64,000 nt of DNA from Utricularia gibba (lineage: Eukaryota > Plantae > Magnoliophyta), in assembly GCA_002189035.1 (NCBI GenBank), contig CM007989.1, positions 5,332,001 through 5,396,000 of the forward strand. Direction: 5' to 3'. The notes beneath the pieces are model-generated. The model saw only the letters and a list, made by a program, of their open reading frames with translations. It made no database searches and was not told the DNA's origin. How positions within the stretch are numbered: the stretch's first letter is position 1; the number at the start of each line of letters is the position of its first letter. Made by a program: the position numbers and the translations under genes. Shown in pieces: positions 50,573-62,800 of this stretch.

Positions 50573-51725
50573 TGATGAACGTTGGAATGGGTTGCTAAAT
50601 GTTGCAGTCTAGCACATTCAACGCATCAAAAGAAAATTTATAACCTAGCTATTCTACTACGCAAATCACAGGAATTAATGTAGTGTGGCAAGCAAGGGTC
50701 GAATCCACATGAAATGGTTGTAATTTCTCGAAGTTCATTGCATTTACTGAAAACAGGGGGTTTCCTGGGGTTTAGTTCTAACGCGGGTAGGATCTAAAAT
50801 AACAATGACTAAAATAAACGAGTTGAAGGGTTGAAAAGGGACTGAAATTAACGTGAAGGTGCAGAAAACATAAAATAAAAGTAATTGATTGGATTTTACA
50901 CCAGGGTCTGGCTCTTGTGTCACTCAAGAGAGCCCTTAGGCTTAAACCCAGCTTGGAACGCTTAAAAACAGAGCATGGTTCGCAGGAACAGTAAAAGCGC
51001 GTTAAACTTAAAGGCAAACATGAAAGGCTTAGTCAAGAACATGATTAAACGCAGAAATAAGGTCTATAGAGGATTCATCGTTCACAACAAGGTGCAAGAA
51101 CATAACAGAAATCATGTAAACGTTGAAGGAAACAACATCTAGTTGTTAACGAAATAGAAGTGCAGAAAATAGAAAATGAAGTGTCTAGCGGTTGCTCTCG
51201 GTCGTAGATCTGCTGGAAATCAAGTTTTTGGGCGGAAAGACGGTGTAAACACGTAGATCTGGAGGTCGCCGGAGTCGTTCGCCGGAGGAACGGAGTTCTC
51301 CTTGCTCCCGGTCGCTATCTGTTCGCTATCTGTGCACTCTACGTGCACAGTGTACTCTCCTTCTTCTCTCCCTTCCTTTTCCCTTTTGCAGCTCAAAATT
51401 AAGGGTAGCATTGTCCTTTTTCAAAAGGGCGGCTACTTTCGGCCGAAAGTGACTTTTGTATAGCTTTTCTGTCTCCTTTGACTTGTCAACGCGGAAAGTG
51501 CGCTACTACAGTACTAGCTCTTACCCTGTTAAGACTTAAAACATAGACTAGACGAAATATTAGAGTTTTCGGTTCAATTGTTGCCAATTGAGCCTGTTTT
51601 CACAATAAATATATTTCAACAGTCTAAATATGTAAAAGAATACATTTTAGCACTCTAAGCAACATTTAACCCTACAAAACACACTTAAAAATATATATAA
51701 AAACACAATAAAAACAGTGTTATCA
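50573..51725 (-). mobile_element. Solo LTR (1153 bp), Athila-like family C
   Basis: Termini are TGATGAACG..GTGTTATCA, with a perfect TSD GGATG at 50568-50572 and 51726-51730. Confidence 0.92.
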
Positions 51726-52682
51726 GGATGATAGTTGTATCTTTCGCTACTTTTAGAGTCGTAATAATGCATAGAAAGCCGCTGTGGAGCTACATAATTC
51801 GTGTGGGGGGTTTGTCATAAAAATACTCTATTGAGTATATTACCCTCCCAAAAATACTCTATAAATAACAAACATAGAAGTCATGACATTAGTAAAACAA
51901 AAAGTTTCATATTTCGTTGCGAGAAAGAATAAAAATGGGTTGTGGACACAATCGTTACGTGGTAATTGCTTCAAGAATTCACAAATGATATAATATGAAC
52001 AAAGAATAATAAAATTTAATAAAGTGAAATCCAAGAGCATCAATCAACTCCTACTTTTTAAAGATATCGAAAAAATTATTGAAAATATCTCATAATTGTT
52101 CAAAAATGGAATACAAAATCTAAAATATATAATCAAAAAAATATATATATCTTTTAATAATGAAACTGCAATAAGTATTCAATTCAGATAACTATTATTA
52201 CATATTTATTAAATATGTAATAACATTACAACATTTAAATAATAAAAACATTATACTGAGTCTTTAAACGTGTTCGACACAGCTATACTTCACCTTGTGT
52301 GCAATCATTAATCAGAGAAAACAACAAGATTGTAATTTGATAATACAATTTTGGGAAGTCTTGTTGTGCTAATTAAATGTAATTATGTGAAAAAATCATT
52401 TACAAGCTACAAAAAATAAATTCAAAGCATATGATGATTGGAAACATGCTAAATTATATTTATGTGGTATTTAATAAAACAAATTGGCTATTTGTAACAT
52501 TTAACAACACACGCTACAACATTTCTTTTAGAAATTGATACTTCATTCTGTTAGTTTTGATTGTGATGATATATGCAAGCTTGAAAACTTGTTTTTCGAT
52601 ATTGATAGATGGATTCTAAGTAATACTTATTATGTATACTTTTTTGCATGCAAAATTCATAACTTAATTAGATAATTACAAA

Positions 52683-55600
52683 TTAAGGTTGTGCTACATA
52701 GGGTTTTTGAAAGTTTAGGTTTTTTGTGAGTTCAGACTTTGAAACCCTGGGCTTGTTCTCTACTTCATACATTCTCTTGTTTGAGGCTTGCTTCCTGATA
52801 ATATATCTCGAATGCTCAGTCAACTTCTCAAGCAAGGAAAGAACTCGGGTTGATGTCTTTTTCCTTAAAAATCCTCCGACTGCTGAATTTATCATGGCTC
52901 GGTCAGTACATAAAAGTCCATCATAGAAATATTTAACCAAAGCATTGGTCTAAAAACCATGGTGTGGACAGGAATCCAAAAAATGATTAAATCTTTCCCA
53001 ATATTCATGCAATGATTCTCCACTCATTTGTTCAACATCATTAATCTCTTTTCTTAACCCTTAAACCTTGGAAGCTCGAAAATATTTGCTCAAAAACACC
53101 CTCATTCCAGCCCAATTAGTTATGCTTCCAGGCCTTTGTGAGTTGAACCACGTTTTAGCTCCTCCTTCCAAAGTAAATTGGAAGGCTTTCAAACAAATTC
53201 AATCTTCAATCATTTCATCTCCCTTGAATGATGTGCATACCGTTGTCACGTTGTCTAGATGCTCATGGGGGTTTTCTCATAATTTCCCATAGAATTTAGG
53301 CAAAAAGTTGATCATCGCTGGTTTCAATTCGTTTGCTCCATCCTCTACAAATTTGATGCATAGACCCCTGTAAGTGTGATCAGCAGCATTTAATTCGTTC
53401 AAGGTCTTTTTAGATTCATCCATTCTAAAATCGTTGTTGGTCTCGGGTTGGAGCTGTCTCAATCTACTTGCCTCCCTAACTTTTGCCCTGTTCTTGCTGA
53501 TAGTTCTCTCGATTTCTGGGTAGAAAACAAGATTACCTGCTCCAGAAGAATGTAAATGCATCAACTAAAAACACAAAAAAATTAAACACCACTCCCCGGC
53601 AACGGTGCCAATTCGATAAACGGAAAATTCCTATTATCGTTGCAATAAAATAGAATTTCATTATGAAATAAATTTGTAAGTCTTAATCTTCACAAAATAC
53701 AAATTAAGCACAAGGTGTACAGTGGAATTCGGGGTCGCTCACAAGGAGCTTGTACGTACTAAGTGCAGAATTCAAAGTAATGGTAGTTCTTAGTCTAAGC
53801 TCAAATTAATAATAGTAAGCAATTTCAAGTCTCAAAACAGAAAGTAACAAATACTAGTTCTAACTCAAAGTAATACTAAGATGCCTTAAAGGTTTGCAGG
53901 TGGTGTGGTGCTAAAATGCCTAATTTAATTTACCATGTCCCTACACTTACAACTTCAAATAACTTAAGTCTACCCAGGTCATTCATCATATTTTTGGCTA
54001 AGCTAATCCCCAATATCATCACCAACAATGCAATTAGGTGTGCCCACATGCAAAGTGCATAGAACTAGGTCTACCTAGTTCTACTGGTTCTACCTCGAAC
54101 TAACACCTACTACTCCCACCTTGATTTGTTGATCTATCTTTAAATTAAGCATCTCAGTTCTGAAGTTACTTGTTCCTCTCCTTAGATCTACCCATGGAAT
54201 GATAGAAACAAGAACTAAAAAATAATGATAAATTATGTCATGAATCCTAGATTCACATCACCATGCTTTATCTTAAGACATCCCTAAGGTTCTAGCTACT
54301 CATACTTGGAAGGCAAAATATGATAATATTAACATAAGGCATCGAAAATGTCAAGGATATAGTGAAAGAGTTGGTTGCAGAAATTAAAAATATCAACAAA
54401 CGAAAGTAAAGCAGTAATAGTTCTGGTTTCCGTCTGCTACTGTTCACAAGCCGAAACAGTATGTCAGGACCCATGCCTAGGGCCCAAGAGGCATGAGACA
54501 TGACTGCCAAACCCCATCAAACGTTAGGACTCAAGGCTACTTAACCCCTTTTGTAGCATGGAGAAATAACATTAAGTTGGCTACATATATATTAACTCAC
54601 AACCGTTCAAACATGCAAAAGGAACTACGTCCAGCCTACTTAGCACATTCCTCACAACATAGCTAAGGTTTCAACAGCTATTCACGACATGCCACAACTT
54701 CTATGGGAAAACCTCTAGTTTGGTTGACCACCAGACCTTCAGCCATTCCCCTCTACACCTGGAACAAGTTAAAACATGAAGTGGTCATGCTACTAAAGTT
54801 TGGTAAAAGATAAACGTGCATGAAGTGAAGAAAGAGTGTTTGATCATAAAATCTCAAAGCCAAGCACATATCCAAGTAGTGAGTCCCATTCTCTATCTTT
54901 GCCCAATCCCCTTGACCCTTCAGCTTAGGCATCACCTCCAGATCTTAGGAAATGGGTCATGTATTGCCTAAGTCCTTTAGTAGTGTTCAGAAGAGCCACC
55001 AACCGAACACCACCTCTAAACTCAGACCATAGCATGCATATAACGTGCTCCCTGGCCTTTCTTATCTGGCTTACCCCATAGGGATGCCTCAGACATGTCT
55101 GACATATTTAGCCATGAATCCCATGGTTAAAACCATGTTGCTAGGAGCGTGGGTCCACACTCCTCTCCATTTCCTATCATAAGTTCACATAGCACGTAGG
55201 GAAAAACATTGAGCACTCTATACACTTCAAAAGGGAATACCTGTTTGGAAACTGACCAACAAGGGCACCTAATCCTTGGAAAATAACAAATTAGGTTCTG
55301 AAAGAAGGATTTTAGGGACTCTAAATAGATTTGAAACATTAAGATTAGAAGGACGTGCCCTGCTGGACTTTTCACACAAAGAAGAACAGGGAAGAAAAAC
55401 GGGTTAATGAAAACATGAAAGAAATCTTTCTAAGACAACATATAACAACACATAGGCAATTAATCACATATGTTCCAGAGAAGCATCAAGACATGCTTCT
55501 AAAAACAGTAGCACTCATCCCACTTACCTTCCTACAGAAGTAATCCCTTTCTTATGGCTAATTCCACGAAATTCCTTCCTCTTTAGCTCTAACACCCCCT

Positions 55601-56393
55601 TCCTTCCACAACTCTACTTCCTAAGGTATCTCCTCAACAACTCAAAGCAACTCTATCCTCCAGAACTTAAGAGACTCCATGAGTCAGCATACCCTCTATC
55701 CTGAGGTTGCCATGTGGTCCTTCCTTTAGATAGCACTTGCTTCATCTTCATTGGTTAATAAAAACAACCCCCATACCGGTGTGGGCCCCATCCCTTATTG
55801 ATTTCATACATAACCATGATCATTAGAGAGGTACTATGCTAAACCCCAGCATTGGATGTCACAGACCATAACACAGTAGTGCTAGACTAGGTCTTGATCT
55901 TCATTCTTCACGTTGGAGGTTCTTCTCTAGAAAATTGCCCTTGTTTCCCCCCTCTGGTTTAGTATTCCCCCGTGTTGGAGGAGGAGAAACCTAGTGTATC
56001 GCTCTCTTGAGCTCTCCTTGCGATTCTCTCTCCTTCTAAATTTTCTCCTCTCTCTTCCCAAAACAAGTACAATTTCTGACAGCTCTGCTGCTCCTACCCT
56101 GACTTGCAAACAGTCACTGCGACAGTGTATTCATTGCTCCCTGCTCCTCCTCCTGCATGGTGACTTGCACAAAATCTTTGATTCTTCCGTGATTTTTGGG
56201 ACTTACTGTTGAACTCACAATACGGTTAGAACATGGGATTGGCTAGAACAAAAGATTTAGCCCACTAATATACAAAAATCACATATTTATCAAGTTATAT
56301 AAAAATATTTAAAACTATAAAATAAGTAACAAAAGCATTATTAAAAAGCTGTAATTTTCATATCCTAAACACATGAAAATTTGTGTGCTATCA
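52683..56393 (-). mobile_element. Athila-like family A 5' end: LTR (53614-56393), PBS (53594-53610) and truncated gag (52683-53564)
   Basis: The PBS TGGCACCGTTGCCGGGG is tRNA-Asp-type. The gag ELKPAMINFLPKFYG..VKYFYDGLL is a paralogue of 29800-30465. Confidence 0.9.
54462..55873. mobile_element. Solo LTR (1412 bp), Tekay-style, nested in the family A LTR
   Basis: Termini are TGTCAGGACCC..CATAACA, with a perfect TSD CAGTA at 54457-54461 and 55874-55878. The host LTR rejoins colinearly with the uninterrupted copy near 13230. Confidence 0.92.
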
Positions 56394-56429
56394 CTCCACG
56401 TCTTTTTGGACCATTTTTCCTTATTTTCA

Positions 56430-56620
56430 TGTTAGAATCAAGCATGCGCATGTAGGTGTTTGTGACTAAAGATCTGTGGTAAAGCTGTATTTATGCAATC
56501 ATGTGCATGTGATTGTTTTACTATGTTCTTTGACATTGAATTTGATGTTTGATTCTTTTTTTTGCAACGTTTTATTTACCAACATGCTCTATAGTATCAT
56601 ATAACCCCAAGTAAATGTGG
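56430..56620 (+). mobile_element. LTR fragment homologous to 23680-23850
   Basis: Both share GTTTTACTATGTT..GTTTGATTCTTTTTT..GCAACGTTTT..TTTACCAA. Confidence 0.65.
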
Positions 56621-56639
56621 GAAAATGTCATGATAATCT

Positions 56640-57815
56640 CAATTCAAAGTTTGCACCATTTAAGATCCATTTTAATTGTCCATCCATCAATCTCTCATCC
56701 TATTCTAGTCATATTGCTTATCTCTTGTACATGCTCCAATATTCTTGAAGTCTATTCCACTTATTTTTATTTGCAACAAAGTACATTTGTACGGTTGGGT
56801 ATTATTGAATCCAGTCAATAGATTTTTCCATCTTTCCTCTTTAAATGAAGTGTTGCGAAAATTTCCTTTCTCAACCTCTATTAGTGCCCCTTGAAGGAAG
56901 ATCTCAGGTGTAGCCAAATCCATATTACTTTCTTGACAGATTCTTTACTTGGTTGACTTGAAGATGAGGTATATTTTTTCTTTTACCTTTGGTTGCCTTC
57001 ATATTCATTTGTGAAATGAACTTATAAAGGAAAACAAGTCAATCAAGAAAAATACAACTCCAACAAACAAGAAAACACAACAAGGAAAATCACAAACAAG
57101 AAATAACAAAATGATATTCTAAAAAACAAAAGAAATCAGAAGATGATAAAACAAAAAACTTTCTCTACAAATCAAGACTGATTCAACTAATAAAGAGTGT
57201 GTTTCCATTACTAAGCAACTTGATCAAACTATCATGAATCCCAATGTTATTTTCTCAATTCAACAAAAAAAAATCAATTTTATCCTCTACCATAGGAAAC
57301 AATTTTAATTGATTCATGATTGTTAAATAATAAACATTAACAACAAAAAAAACATTCAACAATAATGAATCCTGATAACCAGCCATGTTTCTAGTGGAGA
57401 AATCAAAAAACCCACGTGATAAAATAAATGAAACATGTAAAGAAGTGAAAAAAAATCTTTTGACACATGGTATAGTGACAAACAAAAGTAGAAGTGAACA
57501 CGCCATAAAAAACAAAACTTATAATGCATTCTCTTATAGATACTATCGTTGGTTCACCGTCGATTACAAAAATTACCAATAATTCGCCATCACTTATGGG
57601 AAACAACTGGTTCTATGAGGGAAATCTTTTTTTGGAAAATCACAGAAGAAATAGAACGAAAAATAGAGATTTGCTTACTTTTAATTTATACTGTTCATAT
57701 AATGTGATTTCAAAAATATTTTTATTATAAGTAAAAAATAGTAATAGATGGTGCTTTGTAAATAATTTATTTTTGTTATTTTAGAAGTAGAAAAATCTGT
57801 AGAAATATTCCTTAA
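56640..57815 (-). mobile_element. Second PIF/Harbinger copy: 5' end and Myb/SANT ORF1 N-terminus, truncated
   Basis: It is the reverse-complement homologue of 41420-41990 plus 46201-46340, and encodes DLATPEIFLQGALIEVEKGNFRNTSFKEERWKNLLTGFN. It has frameshifts. Confidence 0.85.
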
Positions 57816-58983
57816 CACTGTTTTATTTTACCTTTCCAAAAATTTTTAGCTTCTCAACTCTAAGTTGTTATCTCGTTTTTGGTTCAAAATGTAATTCAAA
57901 AATGTGGTGGTGTCGATTGACTTGATGTGTAAAATGTTTGTCTTTGGTTTTTTTTGTAAGTATTTCTTATTTCAAGTTCAAATCTCTCTTTGTTTTAATT
58001 TTCTTCCCTTGGATGTGTAGCATCCTCCATCCAAAAAGAACAACCTTTTTTCTTTTGGTTCTTTTGTATCTTTGCCTCTCACTCGTTTTATGTCGTCATA
58101 ATTTTATGGCAAATGACATTGTTTAATGCTAATCTTATACAAATACACATAAAAATAAATGATGAAAAGGTGAGTGATTTGGTTCACTTTTATAAAAAAT
58201 ACTGACAATACTAAAAGTTATGAAATTACTTACAATAACATTTAGAATACATAATTTGATCAATAATCGTACTAATTTCATAACATAAAACCGCAATAAA
58301 ATGACATGTTCCAAGTGCATCGACTAAGTTTTTGACTGGCTACCCACTAATATTACACTTATACTAATCCATTGTGAACTCCTATCATCTCGTTTAGCTA
58401 TTCAGTACACATTCCACCTTAACTTGTCTAGTGATAACACTCATCTCAATCTGAGGGTTGCTCGATTTAGAATTCATACATAACTTCAAAGACAAATTTA
58501 CTTGAATTTACCGCATCTGAATTGTATACTAATATATAACAACATTCAACCATAATAGAGAAATTTAATGATGAGTTCTGATATTGCTTGGGTTAAAAAA
58601 TTTATATGTCACTCACATTATTTAATATCCCATAATCTTGTTCTTAGTTGGATTTTATTAATAATGAATTGTCGTGATTCATGTCCAGGGGTAAGAATCA
58701 TGGATCATAATCATCAAATCTCAACCCAATGCTAGGACTTAAGTTCTTGATTCTTCTAATATATAAGAACTCAAGGTAAGGCAAATTTAAACTAATATGA
58801 TAACTATTACAAAAAAGTACTTGTGCAGAAATTTTCAAAAACTTAAAATATAAACACATTGAGAGTCTAGTTGTCTAGTTGCCTTAAAAAATAAGACATG
58901 TATTATGTTTGTTTGGCTTATCCCATAGAGGTGCCTCAAAATATTTGACTTATCTTTGAATTTCATGGTCATGCCATGTATCT

Positions 58984-59457
58984 TGTTAAGGGTGAAAATC
59001 GGTGTTCTGTCAGAGGCCGATTTTCGGGTCTCGGATCTGGATGGATGCATCGTATCCAGTCGTGCGTTGCGTATTTTGTGTGGTGCGGTTAGAGTAAATA
59101 AGGATAGACAGAGATTTTTAACATGGAAACCGTCGGAGAACGGAAAAACCACGGAGCTGTCGAAGCTCGCCGGAAAATATCTTCACTAGACGGGAGTAGG
59201 AAGAATATAGGTTGGAGGGCTTGGAGTCGAACCCCTTTCTCTTCAGAATTTATGCTATTTATAGAAGAGATCAATCTGACCAAATCCTGACTTCTGTGGT
59301 TGTCAGTTACTTTCTGCGCCTGCACTATGATCCTACTTTTCAGTGGATCACTGCATGTTCTGCCATAATTAGGTTTGTCGACTGGCACTATCTTATCAGA
59401 GCACATTTTTACAGCTTTTCAGAGTCCAACTATCCTCATCCAATTTACACCCCACCA
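58984..59457 (-). mobile_element. Solo LTR (474 bp), Retand/Tat family
   Basis: Termini are TGTTAAGGG..CCCCACCA, with a perfect TSD TATCT at 58979-58983 and 59458-59462. It is homologous to 59804-60307. Confidence 0.9.
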
Positions 59458-59803
59458 TATCTAGAAATGTAGGTCCACACATGCTCTATCTATTTTTAAA
59501 GTTATTGTTACATAGCACATGCAACAAACAATTGTAGGTATAAAGTTATTTTTTAAATTTATTGTTATCTAGAATGGTTTCTATGCTTGTCTTACCAAGA
59601 TCCATGTTGACTGTGTATATCAAATAAGTACAACTCATTTGGAAAGCAACAACCGTAGGTGTCTATTCTATATTAGAAAAAATGTTAGAGCTTATTTACA
59701 AGAATATTACAAATCCTGAACTCATTTTGCAAATATAGACAACAAGGTAAACCATATTGTAAGAACCATATATCGTACCTTACTCAACTTTTCAATAACA
59801 ATA

Positions 59804-62800
59804 TGTTGGGGGTAAAATCGATGTCCGATGGGGGGCCGATTTTGGGGTGATGAGTGCAATCTGGAATATCACTCTTAATTGCGTTTTTCACGGTTGGTTC
59901 GGTTGGAATGAGGGTATGCAAAGATTTTTACATGGAAACCGCCGGAAGACGGAAAAACCACGGAGCTATCGGAACTATGCGGAAAAGATTTCCAGTAGAC
60001 AGAGGTGGCCAAGAAGAGGATACAAGTTGAAGAGTTCTCAGAGTCCAACCTCCTTTTCATCATAGTTCCTTCTATTTATAGAAGAGCTCAATCTGACCGA
60101 ATCCTGACGTCTACAAATGTCGGTTGCTTTCTACACCTGCTATACGATTTCGCTTTTCAGAGGATCGCCATCTGCACTACCGCAATTCGGCTGCTTTTAA
60201 GACTGTGCCTCTGACCTACAGCGTTCGGTCGGCTAGTGCAATCCTGTCATAAAATCTTTTGGCAACTTTTCAGAGTCGGCTGATTATACCCGATTTGTAC
60301 CCCATCATTCAACCCCTCTGATTTGCCGATATTGGCCCTTCCGGGCAAATCGGGGAATCAGAATTAATACTACGCAAATTTCAAACCTGCCGCTTTTAAT
60401 GAGTGAGCCTCAAGCCGATTCAGACCAATTTCCTCGCCACGCGTCACCTCTTGGGCATGCCACGTTTTTTCCCGCTCATTCTTGGCATTCCAAACGACGC
60501 ACCGTTTCGTCTCCCAAATATCTCCCCTATTAATAGACGTTCTCTCCGTCATTTTTTCCCCTTTGCCTTCTTGGATCGCTCGCATGATTTCAGTCCTGCC
60601 AGGGATAGTCAGATACCATGAGGGATGGGGGAACGACCCCTTCCCAGATTCAGCCTTCCAGTCCCTATAGCTTACCTGGAGAGCGGTCTCTACTTTCCGC
60701 TCCATCCCCTCATCGTTCAATTCTTGAACATGTTCTCCGTTCCTCTTTTCTGTCTTTCTCCCAACTCAATATTCTGTTTCACCACCTTTCTCTTCTATTC
60801 GGCGGGTTTGGACCCGAATATGACTCTGGTGGATTTCTTCCAACTTTTCAAAGTTGCCGTCCGTAAGGGTAAGCGCCCCATGCATGGTTTTTCTCATTTC
60901 CAATTTCACCGATTTGAAGATCACCCCGATTTCGTCCTTAGAGCTCCTAATACCCATCATAACTAGTGGTCTTCCTTCATTTGGGTCGCTCCCCCATCTG
61001 GGGCCAGGTGGAATTTTCCGATTAAGCCCCCCATGCCTTTCAAAGTAAAGCTTTTCGGACGCTTCCGTCCCTCTAATGAATCTTGTAGGGAGGTATACCG
61101 GAGACTGGGTGAGTGCTCCGTTAGATTCGAGCCTCGGGCTCTAATGCTTTCAAAAGAATCCTTATTGGCATGCGGAATTCTTGGTCGTAATCGGGATGGG
61201 CAGTGGCCTGATTTTCTTATTCCTCCGGGTTCCAATTTGGAGTATTGGCTTCTTTTGCAATCTCCACGTAATATTCCTTCTGACTCGGCTGCACTCCCCA
61301 CCTCCGATCCGGTATCCCCTCTTCCCTCTGATCTGGCCCTCGAGTCCTCTAACTGGCCTTTAACCCAAAACAAGAGAAAAAGGGTTAAGGTTTCTACGCA
61401 GGGACCTCCTAACACACAAAGAGTTAGCCAGGTTCTGCTTCCCTATCTTGTAATTTCTTTATCGCATTTCTGCTGAGATGCGCCAAATGCAGGAATCGGA
61501 TGCAGCTCCTTCTGCACTGCTTTGTCTGACTTCTGGTAGCCTGTTGCTAAGAGTCTCCGATTCTAACCTTTTAACTTTTCTCCCAGGCCGATTCACCCTC
61601 AGCTCACTCAGATGCTGCCGGTCACCTTCTGGAGGATCAAGTGGTTGAGGTTTCCAAGACTCGGGAATTGACTCCTCCACCGTCGGGAAAAGGAAAAGAA
61701 AGGCTTCCCCCTTCACCGATATTCAACGAAGATCCCATTCCTGGCACCGGACTTCTTTCAACCGGTGCTTCCTCATCGATCCCTCCGAGTAATGCAGGGG
61801 GGATTTCCACTTCTCCAATTCAGGTAAGGGAGGATCCTGCTCATCCCCCCTCTTCGGTCCCCTCGGAGCTGCAAATAGCCCTAGAAGAGGCTACCTCGAA
61901 TCTTTCAGGAGTTCAGCCGGAAATTGTACTTAAAGGGATTTAGCAAGTATTCTCTCTCCCTTTTGGAATCATATATATCTGGTTCCTCACTTGCTGATTT
62001 TGTCCTAGGCTCTGACCTTCGGATGGGGGATGGCCAAGGAAATGGGGTCCCATTCAAAGGAAGTTTCTCGGCTTCAAGCTCAAATCGCGGCTCAGGATGC
62101 CAAGATAAAGTCAATGGGGAAGGAAGGGAGCATATTGAGAAGCATGCTCGGGAAGCATACCCGCCGAGAAGAGGAGTTGCAGAACCTGGTTAGTGAAATG
62201 GGGAAGGTGATTGATGATGCCAACTCCGAGAAAGAGAGTTTTAAAGTGCAACTCGAGGAAGCGGAGGCAGAGTTGAAACAAGCCAAGGATAACGTTTCGG
62301 TCCTGATCGGGCGACTGACTGCGCTGATTCGGGCGAGGATAGGGCGAGAGAATGATGCTAAGCTGAGATCCTCCTGCATCTTAGTTTTTCGTGACTTGGT
62401 GTTTGTCCCCCTGCTGTGGGGCTTTTTGAATATTTTTGCTGTCCCGGTTCGGGATTTATACCTTCTAGTTTACCCAGTTTTTGGCATCACTATTGCCCTC
62501 GTTGATCTCCTCGTTTAATATGTTGTGTGATTCGCTGATCTCCCAGTGGGACTTCTCTGCATGCATACGTGCTAAGGGTATGACCCAGACCCCCTCGCGA
62601 ACTGAATCGTTTCTTTCGTTTGGGTGGATCTTCCGCATCTTTCAGTCAAATTTATTCCGATTGTGTTTGCCGCTTCAAGGCCTAGCGGTGAGGACCCCGC
62701 TTTGAGGCTTTTTTGGAGTTTACTCAGATGGTTTAGGAAAGTGAAGCCCGAATCATACCAAGGCTTACCTTAGTCATGGAAGTCTGGGTTTTGGTGATGT

